Shown here: positions 19,804 through 28,867 of the stretch, piece by piece
Position numbering within the stretch: the stretch's first letter is position 1
Layout of the letters: the number at the start of each line of letters is the position of its first letter
Origin: Colwellia polaris
GTDB taxonomy: Archaea; Nanohalarchaeota; Nanosalinia; Nanosalinales; Nanosalinaceae
Assembly (NCBI GenBank): GCA_047617785.1
Contig: JBLGBK010000006.1
Coordinates: forward strand, 1 to 47,983
Length of the DNA stretch: 47,983 bases
Direction of reading: 5' to 3'
The notes under the pieces: generated by a model
What the model saw: only the letters and a program-made list of their open reading frames with translations
What the model was told of the DNA's origin: nothing
Database searches by the model: none
Position numbers and translations under genes: made by a program

Positions 19804-20028
19804 TTATGCTCCGATGAATCCGGTAACAACCAGTGCAACTACCAGACCGAAAATTACGATTGTTTCCGGAAGTGCTGTTAGAATTAGCACGTTTCCGAAA
19901 AGACCATCGTCTTCGGCTAGTGCGCCTACTCCAGCGGACCCGATCTTTGCCTGAGCCCAAGCTGTAGCTAGTGCGGAAAGTCCAATTGCTAGTCCTGCAC
20001 CGATTGCTGCCATTCCTTCTACTGCCAT
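19804..20028 (-). CDS. atpK: A/V-type ATP synthase proteolipid subunit K (c), single hairpin
   Basis: GAGLAIGLSALATAWAQAKIG...LPETIVIFG. Confidence 0.97.
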   Translation of the reverse strand: MAVEGMAAIGAGLAIGLSALATAWAQAKIGSAGVGALAEDDGLFGNVLILTALPETIVIFGLVVALVVTGFIGA

Positions 20029-20056
20029 TGTGTGATTTTCACCTCAAATATTGTGT

Positions 20057-21883
20057 TTACGTGTCTCCTCCGAAAGGCATGTATTTTCGTCCGCCTCCGT
20101 GGTAGAATTTGTCAAACATCTCTACGTAATGGAGTCGGATTCCTTGGAGGAAACCTTCTAGGATTTTAATGAAAGTATTGAATATATGACCGAACATCAG
20201 CAGTCCTACGCCTGCTACCAAACCAACTGCTGAACCAGATACCAGTAGTGGGTTCGCCATAGCGTTTACTACCTGTGCTAGACTGACTGCTGCTACCGAT
20301 ACTCCGAATATTCGGAGATAGGATAGGATGTTCGAAAGTAGTGAAGGAATTTCGACTACTCCTTCGACACCTTCGCCTTTCAGTAGCATAGCAAAGGCAA
20401 GTGCCATTACTCCAAGTCCAACGTTCATGCTGGTTGTGAGGGCAAGTAGTGCTCCTACCTGTAGCAGCATCCAGCTTCCTTTCTCAAGTACTGCTGATAC
20501 TACTCCATGGTTGATGAACTCGTTGTAAGCGCCTAGTAGGTAACCTGCATTGACGTGTACTAGACCGATTACTGCTGAAATATAGAACACCTGTGTGAGG
20601 TGCTCGGCTCTATGCCATAGGATTGGTATCTTCTCGAATAGTTGGATACCTGTCGCGGCTGCTAGTTCGCTGTGGCTTCCGAATATTACGAACCCGAATG
20701 CATCTCCGAATGCCAATCCGAATAAGAGCGTGGCGACTGATGCGTACATTAGTGACTTGAATATCTCGGATGCGCCAGGGAACATCTTGTAGCCTCCGTA
20801 AAATACGGCAAGGCTTGTCAGTCCGTATCCGGCGTCTCCAATCATGAATCCGAAGAATAGTGGGAATGTAAGTAACAGTACGAATGAAGGATCTAGTTCG
20901 TTGTATCTTGGCCGGGAAACTAGATCTGTCAGTGATTCGAAAGGCTGTACTGCCTTATTATTTTTGTGCTTTACAGGTGGCTCGTCGTCTTTCTGTTCTT
21001 CTTCTTGAATATGAATTCTGCCGCTTGAGAGTTTGTCAAGTCGGTGGCTGAGGTCACTGTAGTTAGATGTTGGAACCCATCCTTTCACAATGAATGCGTG
21101 ATCTGTTGTTGCAAAGCTTAGAGGCGCTTCAGCTTTCTCCACTTTTTCTGTAAGGTACTCTTCTGTATTCTGAAGCTTGCTGTAATAATTCTCTGAAAGG
21201 TTCTCTATATCCGATTCTATATTCTTCTTCTCTTCCTGAAGTTCTTTGAGTTCGTGCTCAAGATTACTTACAATATTTTCTATGCTGCCGTCTGATTTAA
21301 CTTCTGGTACTGTGTATACCTCGTTGCCGGTTCTTCTTAGGGCAGCCTCTACTTCTTCAGTGTCTCTTCTGTCATAAACAACTACGTTGAGTTTGCCGCC
21401 TTTGTAGAACTCTGTTCGTTCGCCGTTAAGTTCTTGATCGAGTTTGTCTTCTGAAACATCGGTTACAAGCGTTCCAAGCGATTCAGTTCCGTCCAGATCG
21501 CTGTAGTCAAGTTTTATTCCCTGCAGCTTTCGGAAGAATTCAAGAGTATCTTCCGTTTTTCCTTTTTCTGATTTCAGACTTTCTTTTCTCTCTTTCAGTT
21601 CTTCAATTTTCTCTGAAATTTCTGCTACTTTCTCGTCTAGGTCTTCCAGAGGAATTGTAGTTTCGATTTCGGAGTCTTTTTCTGGAAGTTTTGATAGGAT
21701 AGAACGGATATCTACAAGAAGTTCGGAAAGCTCGTCACCTTCCTCAAAAGGGTTGCCGGTTTCCAGTTCGCCGTCATAGTCGTTGATGTCCATTACTCCG
21801 GCGTCGTGAAGTTCTTCAATAGTATTTCTCATGTCTTTCTTCGGTCCGGTGACCGATACCTTCGACATTCTCTCTGGCTTTAT
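20057..21883 (-). CDS. atpI: A/V-type ATP synthase subunit I (a)
   Basis: YNELDP, FFGFMIGDAGYG, LSYLRI, RLHYVEMF; start is either ATG 21868 or ATA 21883 (see findings). Confidence 0.96.
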   Translation of the reverse strand: MKPERMSKVSVTGPKKDMRNTIEELHDAGVMDINDYDGELETGNPFEEGDELSELLVDIRSILSKLPEKDSEIETTIPLEDLDEKVAEISEKIEELKERKESLKSEKGKTEDTLEFFRKLQGIKLDYSDLDGTESLGTLVTDVSEDKLDQELNGERTEFYKGGKLNVVVYDRRDTEEVEAALRRTGNEVYTVPEVKSDGSIENIVSNLEHELKELQEEKKNIESDIENLSENYYSKLQNTEEYLTEKVEKAEAPLSFATTDHAFIVKGWVPTSNYSDLSHRLDKLSSGRIHIQEEEQKDDEPPVKHKNNKAVQPFESLTDLVSRPRYNELDPSFVLLLTFPLFFGFMIGDAGYGLTSLAVFYGGYKMFPGASEIFKSLMYASVATLLFGLAFGDAFGFVIFGSHSELAAATGIQLFEKIPILWHRAEHLTQVFYISAVIGLVHVNAGYLLGAYNEFINHGVVSAVLEKGSWMLLQVGALLALTTSMNVGLGVMALAFAMLLKGEGVEGVVEIPSLLSNILSYLRIFGVSVAAVSLAQVVNAMANPLLVSGSAVGLVAGVGLLMFGHIFNTFIKILEGFLQGIRLHYVEMFDKFYHGGGRKYMPFGGDT

Positions 21884-21891
21884 TTTCCTTG

Positions 21892-21897
21892 CACCTC
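21892..21897 (-). promoter_or_regulatory. Shine-Dalgarno GAGGTG for atpI
   Basis: The same GAGGT(G) motif lies 7-12 nt before atpH, K, E, A, B and D. Confidence 0.75.
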
Positions 21898-22214
21898 TAG
21901 AAGTAGTGTTCTGAGAACTTTTCGTTCAGAAAGCTTTTGGCTTCTTCACGTTTGTCCTCTGCGCTGTCACGTAGTTCTTTAACGTCGTCTTCAGCATCTT
22001 TGATGATGCTATTCGTCTTATCTTCGAGCTTATCTTCGAATTCGTCGAGCTCGTCTTCTTTCATCTCTTCTGCTTCTTCTTTTCCTTCTTCAATTTTCTG
22101 TCTTTTCTCTTCGTCTGCTTTCGCTCGGATTTCTTCGGCTTCTTCCTTTGCGTCTTCAATTATGGCGTCAGCGTCTTTTTCTGCCTTCTGTACTTCTTTT
22201 ACTACGTTTGACAC
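21897..22214 (-). CDS. atpH: A/V-type ATP synthase subunit H (G)
   Basis: Charged coiled coil VKEVQKAEKDADAIIEDAKEEAE; first gene of the operon; GTG start 7 nt after AGGTG. Confidence 0.88.
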   Translation of the reverse strand: MSNVVKEVQKAEKDADAIIEDAKEEAEEIRAKADEEKRQKIEEGKEEAEEMKEDELDEFEDKLEDKTNSIIKDAEDDVKELRDSAEDKREEAKSFLNEKFSEHYF

Positions 22215-22357
22215 GTCAGTGCACCTATGTTCTATCAAGGTGTCTAAAAAGTTTATAAAAGCATTTCAGCGACTATATCCGGACCTCCTTTTAAAGACTT
22301 GTGGTTTTGGGTGCAGACTAGCAGGTAAAAAAGCTGCCATCATACAATACTACTGTA

Positions 22358-23443
22358 ATGGTTGAAGAACGAGGCTTTGAAATTGAAGCAGAAACAGGAG
22401 AAACGAAAGACGCAGAAGTATTCTACAACCCTGCGATGAACATCAATAGAGATGTCTCAGAAGCAGCAGTAAAACAACTGGCAGAAATACTCGACGACTT
22501 CCGAGTCTGTGATGTGATGGCTGCCTCCGGAATAAGAGCGCTACGATACGCAGAATACAGCGACGAACTTCACATCAACGACGCCAATCCCCAAGCAGTA
22601 GAAACAATAAACAATAATATAGAAAAATACGAGATCGAAGCAGCAGTATCTAGAGAAGACGCAAACGTATTCCTCTCAGGAAAAAAGAACTTCTTCAACT
22701 TCATCGACATCGATCCTTTTGGAACATTTCTACCCTACATCGACTCGGCAGCAAGGGCCGCAAACCATGAAAGTGCAGTGGCAGTAACAGGTACCGATAA
22801 TGCAGCACCGGCAGGAAGTTATCCTAAAGTCTGCCAGAGACTCTACGGATCAAAACCATTGAAAAACAGCTTCATGCATGAAACAGGTCTCAGAATATAT
22901 ATTAAAGAAGTCTTCAGAGCCTTCGCGCGATACGATAAGGCCTTCGAACCTGTACTAAGCTTTCATGAACGACACTACAGCCGTACAATCGGAAGAGTAA
23001 CGGAATCAAAGAAGAGAACCAACCGCAACCTAGACAATATCGGATATCTATCCTATTGCTCTGAATGTGGCTGGAGAACACTTGAACGTATCGAAGAATG
23101 CGAGAACTGCGGTGAAGACACTCAGATAGCCGGTCCTCTCTGGACAGGGCGACTTTCTGACAAACGATTCACAGAAAATGTACTTGAGGATATCCCAGAA
23201 GAATGGGAAGAGGCTAGAGAAATTGTGGAAAAAGTTGATTCTGAGGCAGAGATTAATGTTCCTTATTACGATACGCATAACTTATGTTCTATAATAGGAG
23301 TTTCTGCACCGTCGCTAGATAGTGTTATTCAAGAGATCCGTGATCGCGGATACCCTATTTCACGCACACACTTCTCTCCGACCGGCTTCAGAACCTCTAT
23401 GCCGATCGATCAAATTCATAAAGTTCTCAAATCGAAGGCTTAA
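22358..23443 (+). CDS. trm1: tRNA (guanine26-N2,N2)-dimethyltransferase Trm1
   Basis: VFYNPAMNINRD, AASGIRALRY, DIDPFGT, Zn ribbon CSEC..CENC, AGPLWTG, RTHFSPTGFRT. Confidence 0.95.
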   Translation: MVEERGFEIEAETGETKDAEVFYNPAMNINRDVSEAAVKQLAEILDDFRVCDVMAASGIRALRYAEYSDELHINDANPQAVETINNNIEKYEIEAAVSREDANVFLSGKKNFFNFIDIDPFGTFLPYIDSAARAANHESAVAVTGTDNAAPAGSYPKVCQRLYGSKPLKNSFMHETGLRIYIKEVFRAFARYDKAFEPVLSFHERHYSRTIGRVTESKKRTNRNLDNIGYLSYCSECGWRTLERIEECENCGEDTQIAGPLWTGRLSDKRFTENVLEDIPEEWEEAREIVEKVDSEAEINVPYYDTHNLCSIIGVSAPSLDSVIQEIRDRGYPISRTHFSPTGFRTSMPIDQIHKVLKSKA

Positions 23444-23468
23444 AAACCAGAGAAAGATATACTTAACC

Positions 23469-23882
23469 ATGGCACAAGAGATGTGGGCGGAAGTTCTTGA
23501 ATCGATCTACGAGAACGAAGAGTACTGGAAAATGCAGCGCTCACAGCTCGATGAAGTATCTGAAGATCTTGGTATAACTGAAGAGGAAATGGACCAGGTT
23601 TTAGGCGGTCTTGAATCTCAAAGTCTTATCGAAAGAGATATAGAAGATGTTAAACTCACTCAGCGAGGTTTCGAGTTTATTAGTGAAAAGAAGACTCATG
23701 AGGAACAGCTTATAACCCAAAGACTTCTGCTTGTATTTGTTACCGCACTTTCGCTTGCGACACTAGTTGATACGTTCATTAAGATAGGTAATCAAGGTAG
23801 CATGGCTCTAAATGTGGTCTATAGCGTAGTATTTGCGATCGTTTTCATAGTTCTCGGAATGATCGCCAAACAAAACCTGTAA
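23469..23882 (+). CDS. Winged-HTH-like protein with two C-terminal TM helices
   Basis: LDEVSEDLGITEEEMDQVLGGLESQSLIE...VKLTQRG wHTH pattern; two hydrophobic segments; ATG at 23469. Confidence 0.65.
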   Translation: MAQEMWAEVLESIYENEEYWKMQRSQLDEVSEDLGITEEEMDQVLGGLESQSLIERDIEDVKLTQRGFEFISEKKTHEEQLITQRLLLVFVTALSLATLVDTFIKIGNQGSMALNVVYSVVFAIVFIVLGMIAKQNL

Positions 23883-24010
23883 TTCTTTAATCAGTAGAGA
23901 ATCCAGTCTTCTTGCTATCCCAGCGTTCTAGTCCCTTGTTCAAGACTTCAATAAGATTTTGAGTTTTCTCTTCAGAAAATTTAGAAAGGAAAAAAGTAGG
24001 AGGAAGCCCT

Positions 24011-25096
24011 TTAATTGGACTTCTCTTCGAGCTCGTCTTCCAGTCCGAGCTTCTCTGCGAGTTCCTTGTAACGGTTTCTGATTGTTACTTCGGTAACTCC
24101 TACTACGTCTGCAACTTCTCTCTGTGTCCGTTTTTCGCCTTCAAGTACTGCTGCGATGTAGAGTGCTGCTGCAGCGAGCCCTGTAGGTCCTTTTCCTGAA
24201 AGAAGATCTCTTTCTCGTGCTTCCTTCAGGATTTGGCGTGCTCGTGCCTGTACTTCTCCGCTTAGCTGGAGTTTTCCAGCGAATCTTGGTACGTAGTCCT
24301 GTGGCTTTGCCGGTAGGATTCTGAGTCCTAGTTCCCTTGCGACGTATCTGTATGCGCGTCCGATTTCTCTTTTCTCGATTCCGGATGCATCGCTGATTTC
24401 GTCAAGAGTTCTTGGAGTTCCTTGCTTACGGGCTACAATGTAGATGATTGCAGAGATGATTGATTCCATGCTTCTTCCACGGACTAGTCCTTTGTCGACT
24501 GCTTTTTCGTATAGTCGTGCTGTTTCTTCGTGGACTGATTCTGGAAGGTTTAGGTTTGAGATCATGGAGTTTAGCTCGGATAGAGCGAATCCGAGGTTTC
24601 GGTCCTTGGACTTGGTTAGTCGTTTGTGCCATTTACGTAGTCTGTAGTATTGGGCACGTTTGTTTCCGGATACTTTGTATAGTTCTCCGTCTCCTTTTCC
24701 GATTTCTGTGCTAACTCCCATGTCGTGTTTTGTATATGTTAGTGGTTGTCCTGCTCGTGCTTTCTTCTCCTTTTCTTCTGCGTTGAATGCTCTCCACTCT
24801 GCGGATTCGTCGATACGGTTCTCATCGATTACGGTTCCACATTCTGTACAGATGAGCTCTCCTTTTGCCGAGTCTTCTTCGAATCTCTGTGATTCGCATT
24901 CTGGACAAGTTAGAACTGTATCTCCTTCTTCTGCTTCTTCTTGGACGACTTCATATCCCTCATCGCCTTCTTCAAGCTCTTCTTCTGGAGTTTCCTCAAC
25001 TTCTTCTGTGTTTTCGTCTTCCTCTTCTTCCCATTCATCTGGTACGTCGTAACTATCAAACTGACGTCTTGGGACGTGTTCAGAATTTTCTGCCAT
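24011..25096 (-). CDS. tfb: Transcription initiation factor IIB (TFB)
   Basis: Zn ribbon CPEC...CTEC, EWRAF B-reader, cyclin repeats, TQREVADVVGVTEVTIRNRYKEL. Confidence 0.98.
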   Translation of the reverse strand: MAENSEHVPRRQFDSYDVPDEWEEEEDENTEEVEETPEEELEEGDEGYEVVQEEAEEGDTVLTCPECESQRFEEDSAKGELICTECGTVIDENRIDESAEWRAFNAEEKEKKARAGQPLTYTKHDMGVSTEIGKGDGELYKVSGNKRAQYYRLRKWHKRLTKSKDRNLGFALSELNSMISNLNLPESVHEETARLYEKAVDKGLVRGRSMESIISAIIYIVARKQGTPRTLDEISDASGIEKREIGRAYRYVARELGLRILPAKPQDYVPRFAGKLQLSGEVQARARQILKEARERDLLSGKGPTGLAAAALYIAAVLEGEKRTQREVADVVGVTEVTIRNRYKELAEKLGLEDELEEKSN

Positions 25097-25184
25097 TAAT
25101 AAATTTTACACCTCAGATAACAATACATCATCCGCAACTCTTAAATACGTTTCCCATAGTGGGTTTATTGAGTGGTAACAACAC

Positions 25185-25637
25185 CTATACTGGTTTCCTC
25201 TCGACATTCGAAGAACCACAAACGCTGCATTTTTCGCCTGACACATTACTGCCGCAATCAACGCATACAGTCTCCCACTTCATACACTTATCAGCTTCAT
25301 CTCGCATGTAACTCTGGAACTCGATATCTAACCACAGGCACAAGTTCTGTACTCCTTTATCGTCGCTGAGAACTGTTGAATCTCTCTCCAACGCGAGTGC
25401 TACGATACTATTGTCTGGTTTGGATGTAGGCGAGTTTATCTCCTCAGATTTTTTCTGGACTTTCTGTAGTGCGTCTTCGCCGACCGCTTGGATGGTAATA
25501 TCTTTGTTGTTGTATATATTCTGCGAATGTTGGGACTTCAGTTCTTCAGCCACTTCGGGCGTGGTGATGTATTCTCCTCTAGGCAGATTGCCTCTGCCAC
25601 GCATCAAAACATTGGCGTCCAGTACTAGCTCTTTCAC
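25185..25637 (-). CDS. nob1: Nob1 rRNA-processing endonuclease (PIN + Zn ribbon)
   Basis: VLDANV, TPEVAEE, SKPD..IVALA, SDDKGVQN, CVDC..CSVCG. Confidence 0.88.
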   Translation of the reverse strand: MKELVLDANVLMRGRGNLPRGEYITTPEVAEELKSQHSQNIYNNKDITIQAVGEDALQKVQKKSEEINSPTSKPDNSIVALALERDSTVLSDDKGVQNLCLWLDIEFQSYMRDEADKCMKWETVCVDCGSNVSGEKCSVCGSSNVERKPV

Positions 25638-25706
25638 GGGTAGTTACAGTTGGTAAACCAATTATTATTAAAAAGTGGTCAGGTAGTCAATTAATGTGAT
25701 TTAACA

Positions 25707-25904
25707 ATGACACTACCAAACGCACCAGTAGAAAGAATCATTAGAAACGCAGGAGCAGAAAGAGTATCAAAAGAAGCAGTAGAAGAACTAAGAGATGCTG
25801 TAGAAGAAGCAGGATCTGATATTGCAGCTGACGCAGTAGATATGGCGGACCACGCAGGAAGAAACACAGTCACACGTGAAGACGTGGAAATGGCTACAAA
25901 GTGA
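25707..25904 (+). CDS. Archaeal histone (HMf-type)
   Basis: LPNAPVERIIRNAGAERVSKEA...HAGRNTVTREDV. Confidence 0.96.
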   Translation: MTLPNAPVERIIRNAGAERVSKEAVEELRDAVEEAGSDIAADAVDMADHAGRNTVTREDVEMATK

Positions 25905-25910
25905 TCTAAA

Positions 25911-26294
25911 ATGCCGACACAGATGGAAGCATCCAAAGTTAGAGAAGGCTCCTACATCATGATCGATGGCGAGCCATGTATTGTAAGAGGAAAGTCCAAG
26001 TCAAGCCCTGGTAAACACGGAAGTGCCAAAATCAAGATCAAGGCACGAGGAGTATTCGACGACAAAGACCGGCACATCACCAAGCCAGGAGACACCATGC
26101 TGATGAGTCCGGACGTCGACAAGAAGATCGGACAGATTGTATCTAAGGATGGAGACATCGCACAAGTCATGGACATGGACACATATGATACGGAAGAAAT
26201 GAAGCTTCCGGAAGATCTCAACGCTGGAGAAGGCGACGAGATCGAATTCTGGGTAATCGGCGACCGTAAACAGGTCAAAGGACTCAAGAATTAG
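25911..26294 (+). CDS. eif5a: Translation factor aIF5A
   Basis: Hypusine loop SSPGKHGSAK; QVMDMDTYDT. Confidence 0.97.
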   Translation: MPTQMEASKVREGSYIMIDGEPCIVRGKSKSSPGKHGSAKIKIKARGVFDDKDRHITKPGDTMLMSPDVDKKIGQIVSKDGDIAQVMDMDTYDTEEMKLPEDLNAGEGDEIEFWVIGDRKQVKGLKN

Positions 26295-26378
26295 AGCTAT
26301 CTCATATCCTTCTCTCTTATTTTTCTACACTTCTAACACCTAAGATTAACAAGTCTTCTTCGCGTTAACTAAATCATT

Positions 26379-27731
26379 ATGAACTGGGAACGCCTCAGAA
26401 AAAAAGTAATTGAAAGAACATACCCTGACGAAGAAGACTTCCAGGAAATGCAAGAACTCTTCGGTAGAATATCAAGCTACATAGAACACAAACATGGGCT
26501 TGAAGTACACTTCGCAGGCTCCGCCTCAAGAAAAACATGTATGAAGGGTGACAAAGACCTAGACATGTTCTTAATGTTTCCAGAAGACACCTCAAGGAAA
26601 GAACTGGAAGAAAAAGGCATAAGTGTAGGCAAAGACATCTTCAACCAATTTGACAGCGAATACCATGTTGAATACGCGGAACATCCCTACACCAAAGGCC
26701 ATATAGAAGGAACAGAAGTCGAAGTAGTGCCCTGCTATGATATCCCTGCAGATCAGATCAAAAGCAGCGTGGATAGAACACCACACCACAGTAAATGGAG
26801 CCAGAAAAATCTAGGTGAAGAACAAAGAAGAGACGTAGTTGTACTCAAGAAATTTCTCTCAGCAAAAGAACTCTATGGATCATCTCTCAAAGTAAAAGGT
26901 TTCTCAGGATATCTCTGTGAGATACTGATACACGAATACGGAAGCTTCAGAAATCTGATTGAAGAAGCATCAAATTGGCCAGAGCAAAAAATACTTGATC
27001 CCGAAAGCCATCACGAAAACGGGCTGCCTGAAGAGCTTCAGGAAAAGTTCAGCGAGGACAACCTTGTTGTGGTAGATCCTGTAGATCCAGAAAGAAATGT
27101 TTCTGCAGTGTTAAACACAGAAAATTATACACGATTCATCTACGAAGCTGTAAACTTCCTAGATGATATGGGTATGCATCATTTCGAAAAAGAAGAATCT
27201 GAATACACACAGCTCCAGATTAAGAACGAGCTGGATGGAAGAAACCATCTCACAGTCATCGAGTTTAATTCAGTTGATCAGGTTGATGATATAGTATATC
27301 CGCAGATCCGTAAAGCGGTCCGTAGGATCGAGCAGCTGCTTGAAGGAAATGACTTCACGGTATATGCTTCAGGTTTCCACGTGAATGATAAGACTCGAAT
27401 CTACTTCGAGACGGAGGAAAAACTTTCAGAACTACGTGAGCTCAAAGGACCAAAGCTTTTCCACGGAAAAGATCACGTCAGACAGTTTAAACAGAAGTAC
27501 GATAACACTTACGTCAAAAATGATAGGCTCTGCGCGAAGACTGAAAGAGATTATCTAAGACCTAAACAGATTATACAGGATTTGTCAGATGATCCTCAGG
27601 AATTGAAGAAGGACGGCATTCCCGAGGCTGTAGCTCAGAAAATGAGTGCGCGTAACTACGTTGATCCGCTTCTTGATAACCAAAAATGGTTAAACTTTCT
27701 TGGGGAAGAACTACACGTGAACAAGCAATGA
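26379..27731 (+). CDS. cca: CCA-adding enzyme (class I)
   Basis: GSASRKT...DKDLDMF, YAEHPY, SSVDRTPHH, GFSGYLCE, DPVDPERNV. Confidence 0.96.
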   Translation: MNWERLRKKVIERTYPDEEDFQEMQELFGRISSYIEHKHGLEVHFAGSASRKTCMKGDKDLDMFLMFPEDTSRKELEEKGISVGKDIFNQFDSEYHVEYAEHPYTKGHIEGTEVEVVPCYDIPADQIKSSVDRTPHHSKWSQKNLGEEQRRDVVVLKKFLSAKELYGSSLKVKGFSGYLCEILIHEYGSFRNLIEEASNWPEQKILDPESHHENGLPEELQEKFSEDNLVVVDPVDPERNVSAVLNTENYTRFIYEAVNFLDDMGMHHFEKEESEYTQLQIKNELDGRNHLTVIEFNSVDQVDDIVYPQIRKAVRRIEQLLEGNDFTVYASGFHVNDKTRIYFETEEKLSELRELKGPKLFHGKDHVRQFKQKYDNTYVKNDRLCAKTERDYLRPKQIIQDLSDDPQELKKDGIPEAVAQKMSARNYVDPLLDNQKWLNFLGEELHVNKQ

Positions 27732-28294
27732 CAGTCAATATTGTAGTAGGACTTTCAGGAGTAGGAAAGGGAACAGTGCTAGAGGAAGCAATGCTTCTCT
27801 CAGACAAAGAGTACAAAATCATCAACTACGGCGACAAAATGCTGGAAATCGCAAAAGAACGTGATCTAGTCGAAAAAAGAGATGAAATGAAAAACATCGA
27901 TGTTGACACGTACAAAGAAGTCCAGAGAGAAGCCGCAGAACAGATCTTTGAGGAATCCGAGGACGAAGACGTAATCGTAGATACACACGCAGCAATCAAA
28001 TCACCTTTCGGATACATCCCAGGTCTACCAAAATGGAGTATCGAAAACCTCCAGCCAGAAAAAATCATCATTCTTGACGCATCCGCAAAGGAAATCATCA
28101 GTCGAAGAGAAAATGATTCTGACCGCGACAGAGTAATGGAGTCTGAGGAATCAATGGAAGAATACAGAGAAGTAGCTCGAGAGATGGCTTCTACAGGCTC
28201 AGTTCTTACCGGAGCCTATCTGAAGACAATCAAGAATAAGTCGGGTAAGGCGGAAGAAGCGGCCGAGGAACTGGTCAAAACGCTGGCGGCATAA
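27728..28294 (+). CDS. adkA: Archaeal adenylate kinase
   Basis: GLSGVGKGT, NYGD, VDTHA, GYIPGLP; ATG 27728 overlaps the cca stop. Confidence 0.93.
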   Translation: MTVNIVVGLSGVGKGTVLEEAMLLSDKEYKIINYGDKMLEIAKERDLVEKRDEMKNIDVDTYKEVQREAAEQIFEESEDEDVIVDTHAAIKSPFGYIPGLPKWSIENLQPEKIIILDASAKEIISRRENDSDRDRVMESEESMEEYREVAREMASTGSVLTGAYLKTIKNKSGKAEEAAEELVKTLAA

Positions 28295-28411
28295 CTCCTT
28301 CAAAACACTTCTTTCTTTGTTACTTAGAGGAAACAAAAACCCCTCTAATTGTTTCTAAACGTTCATTAATACATCAAAAGGTTAATAAGACTTAGAAACT
28401 GGTCTGTACAT

Positions 28412-28693
28412 ATGGCGAGCCTCTGGGACATAGGAAAGAGTTCAGAAGAGAAGCTCGCTGATGAATGGGAAGATAATGGAGTCCTTGAAGACAAGGTCAG
28501 TCAACACCGACACAAGTTCGAGGACAAGTTCCATGAAAACATGGATGAGGAAGTTCCAACACATCCCTACAAGATCTACAGGGAGATAGTAGAATCTAAC
28601 GAACTAAGCGATGAAGAAAAGATCGCACTAGAACAAATGAAAGACGAATTCGCGGAACAGTGGCAATCACTGAAACAGACACACTCAAACTAA
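28412..28693 (+). CDS. Small acidic hypothetical protein
   Basis: 93-aa ORF with ATG start and genome-typical composition; upstream TTAATAA promoter-like box. Confidence 0.6.
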   Translation: MASLWDIGKSSEEKLADEWEDNGVLEDKVSQHRHKFEDKFHENMDEEVPTHPYKIYREIVESNELSDEEKIALEQMKDEFAEQWQSLKQTHSN

Positions 28694-28867
28694 GAGAAAC
28701 TTAGTTCATTCATCAGCGGCGCTGGGAGGGGAGGCTCAGACCGAGGACGATACTTTTTACAACCCCCTCTTCCCCCTTTTATTTTTGTTTTAAATAACAG
28801 AAAACCCTTCCTTGCCTACGTCCCTATTTCTAACACTTTTTCAATTAATAAAAACCAGAAATATGAT

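Noticed and set aside
28700-28740. Minus-strand CTGA ... CTGATGA as a C/D sRNA or hammerhead
   Set aside because: No upstream box C or terminal box D, and no GAAA core; G-U pairs favour a plus-strand hairpin.
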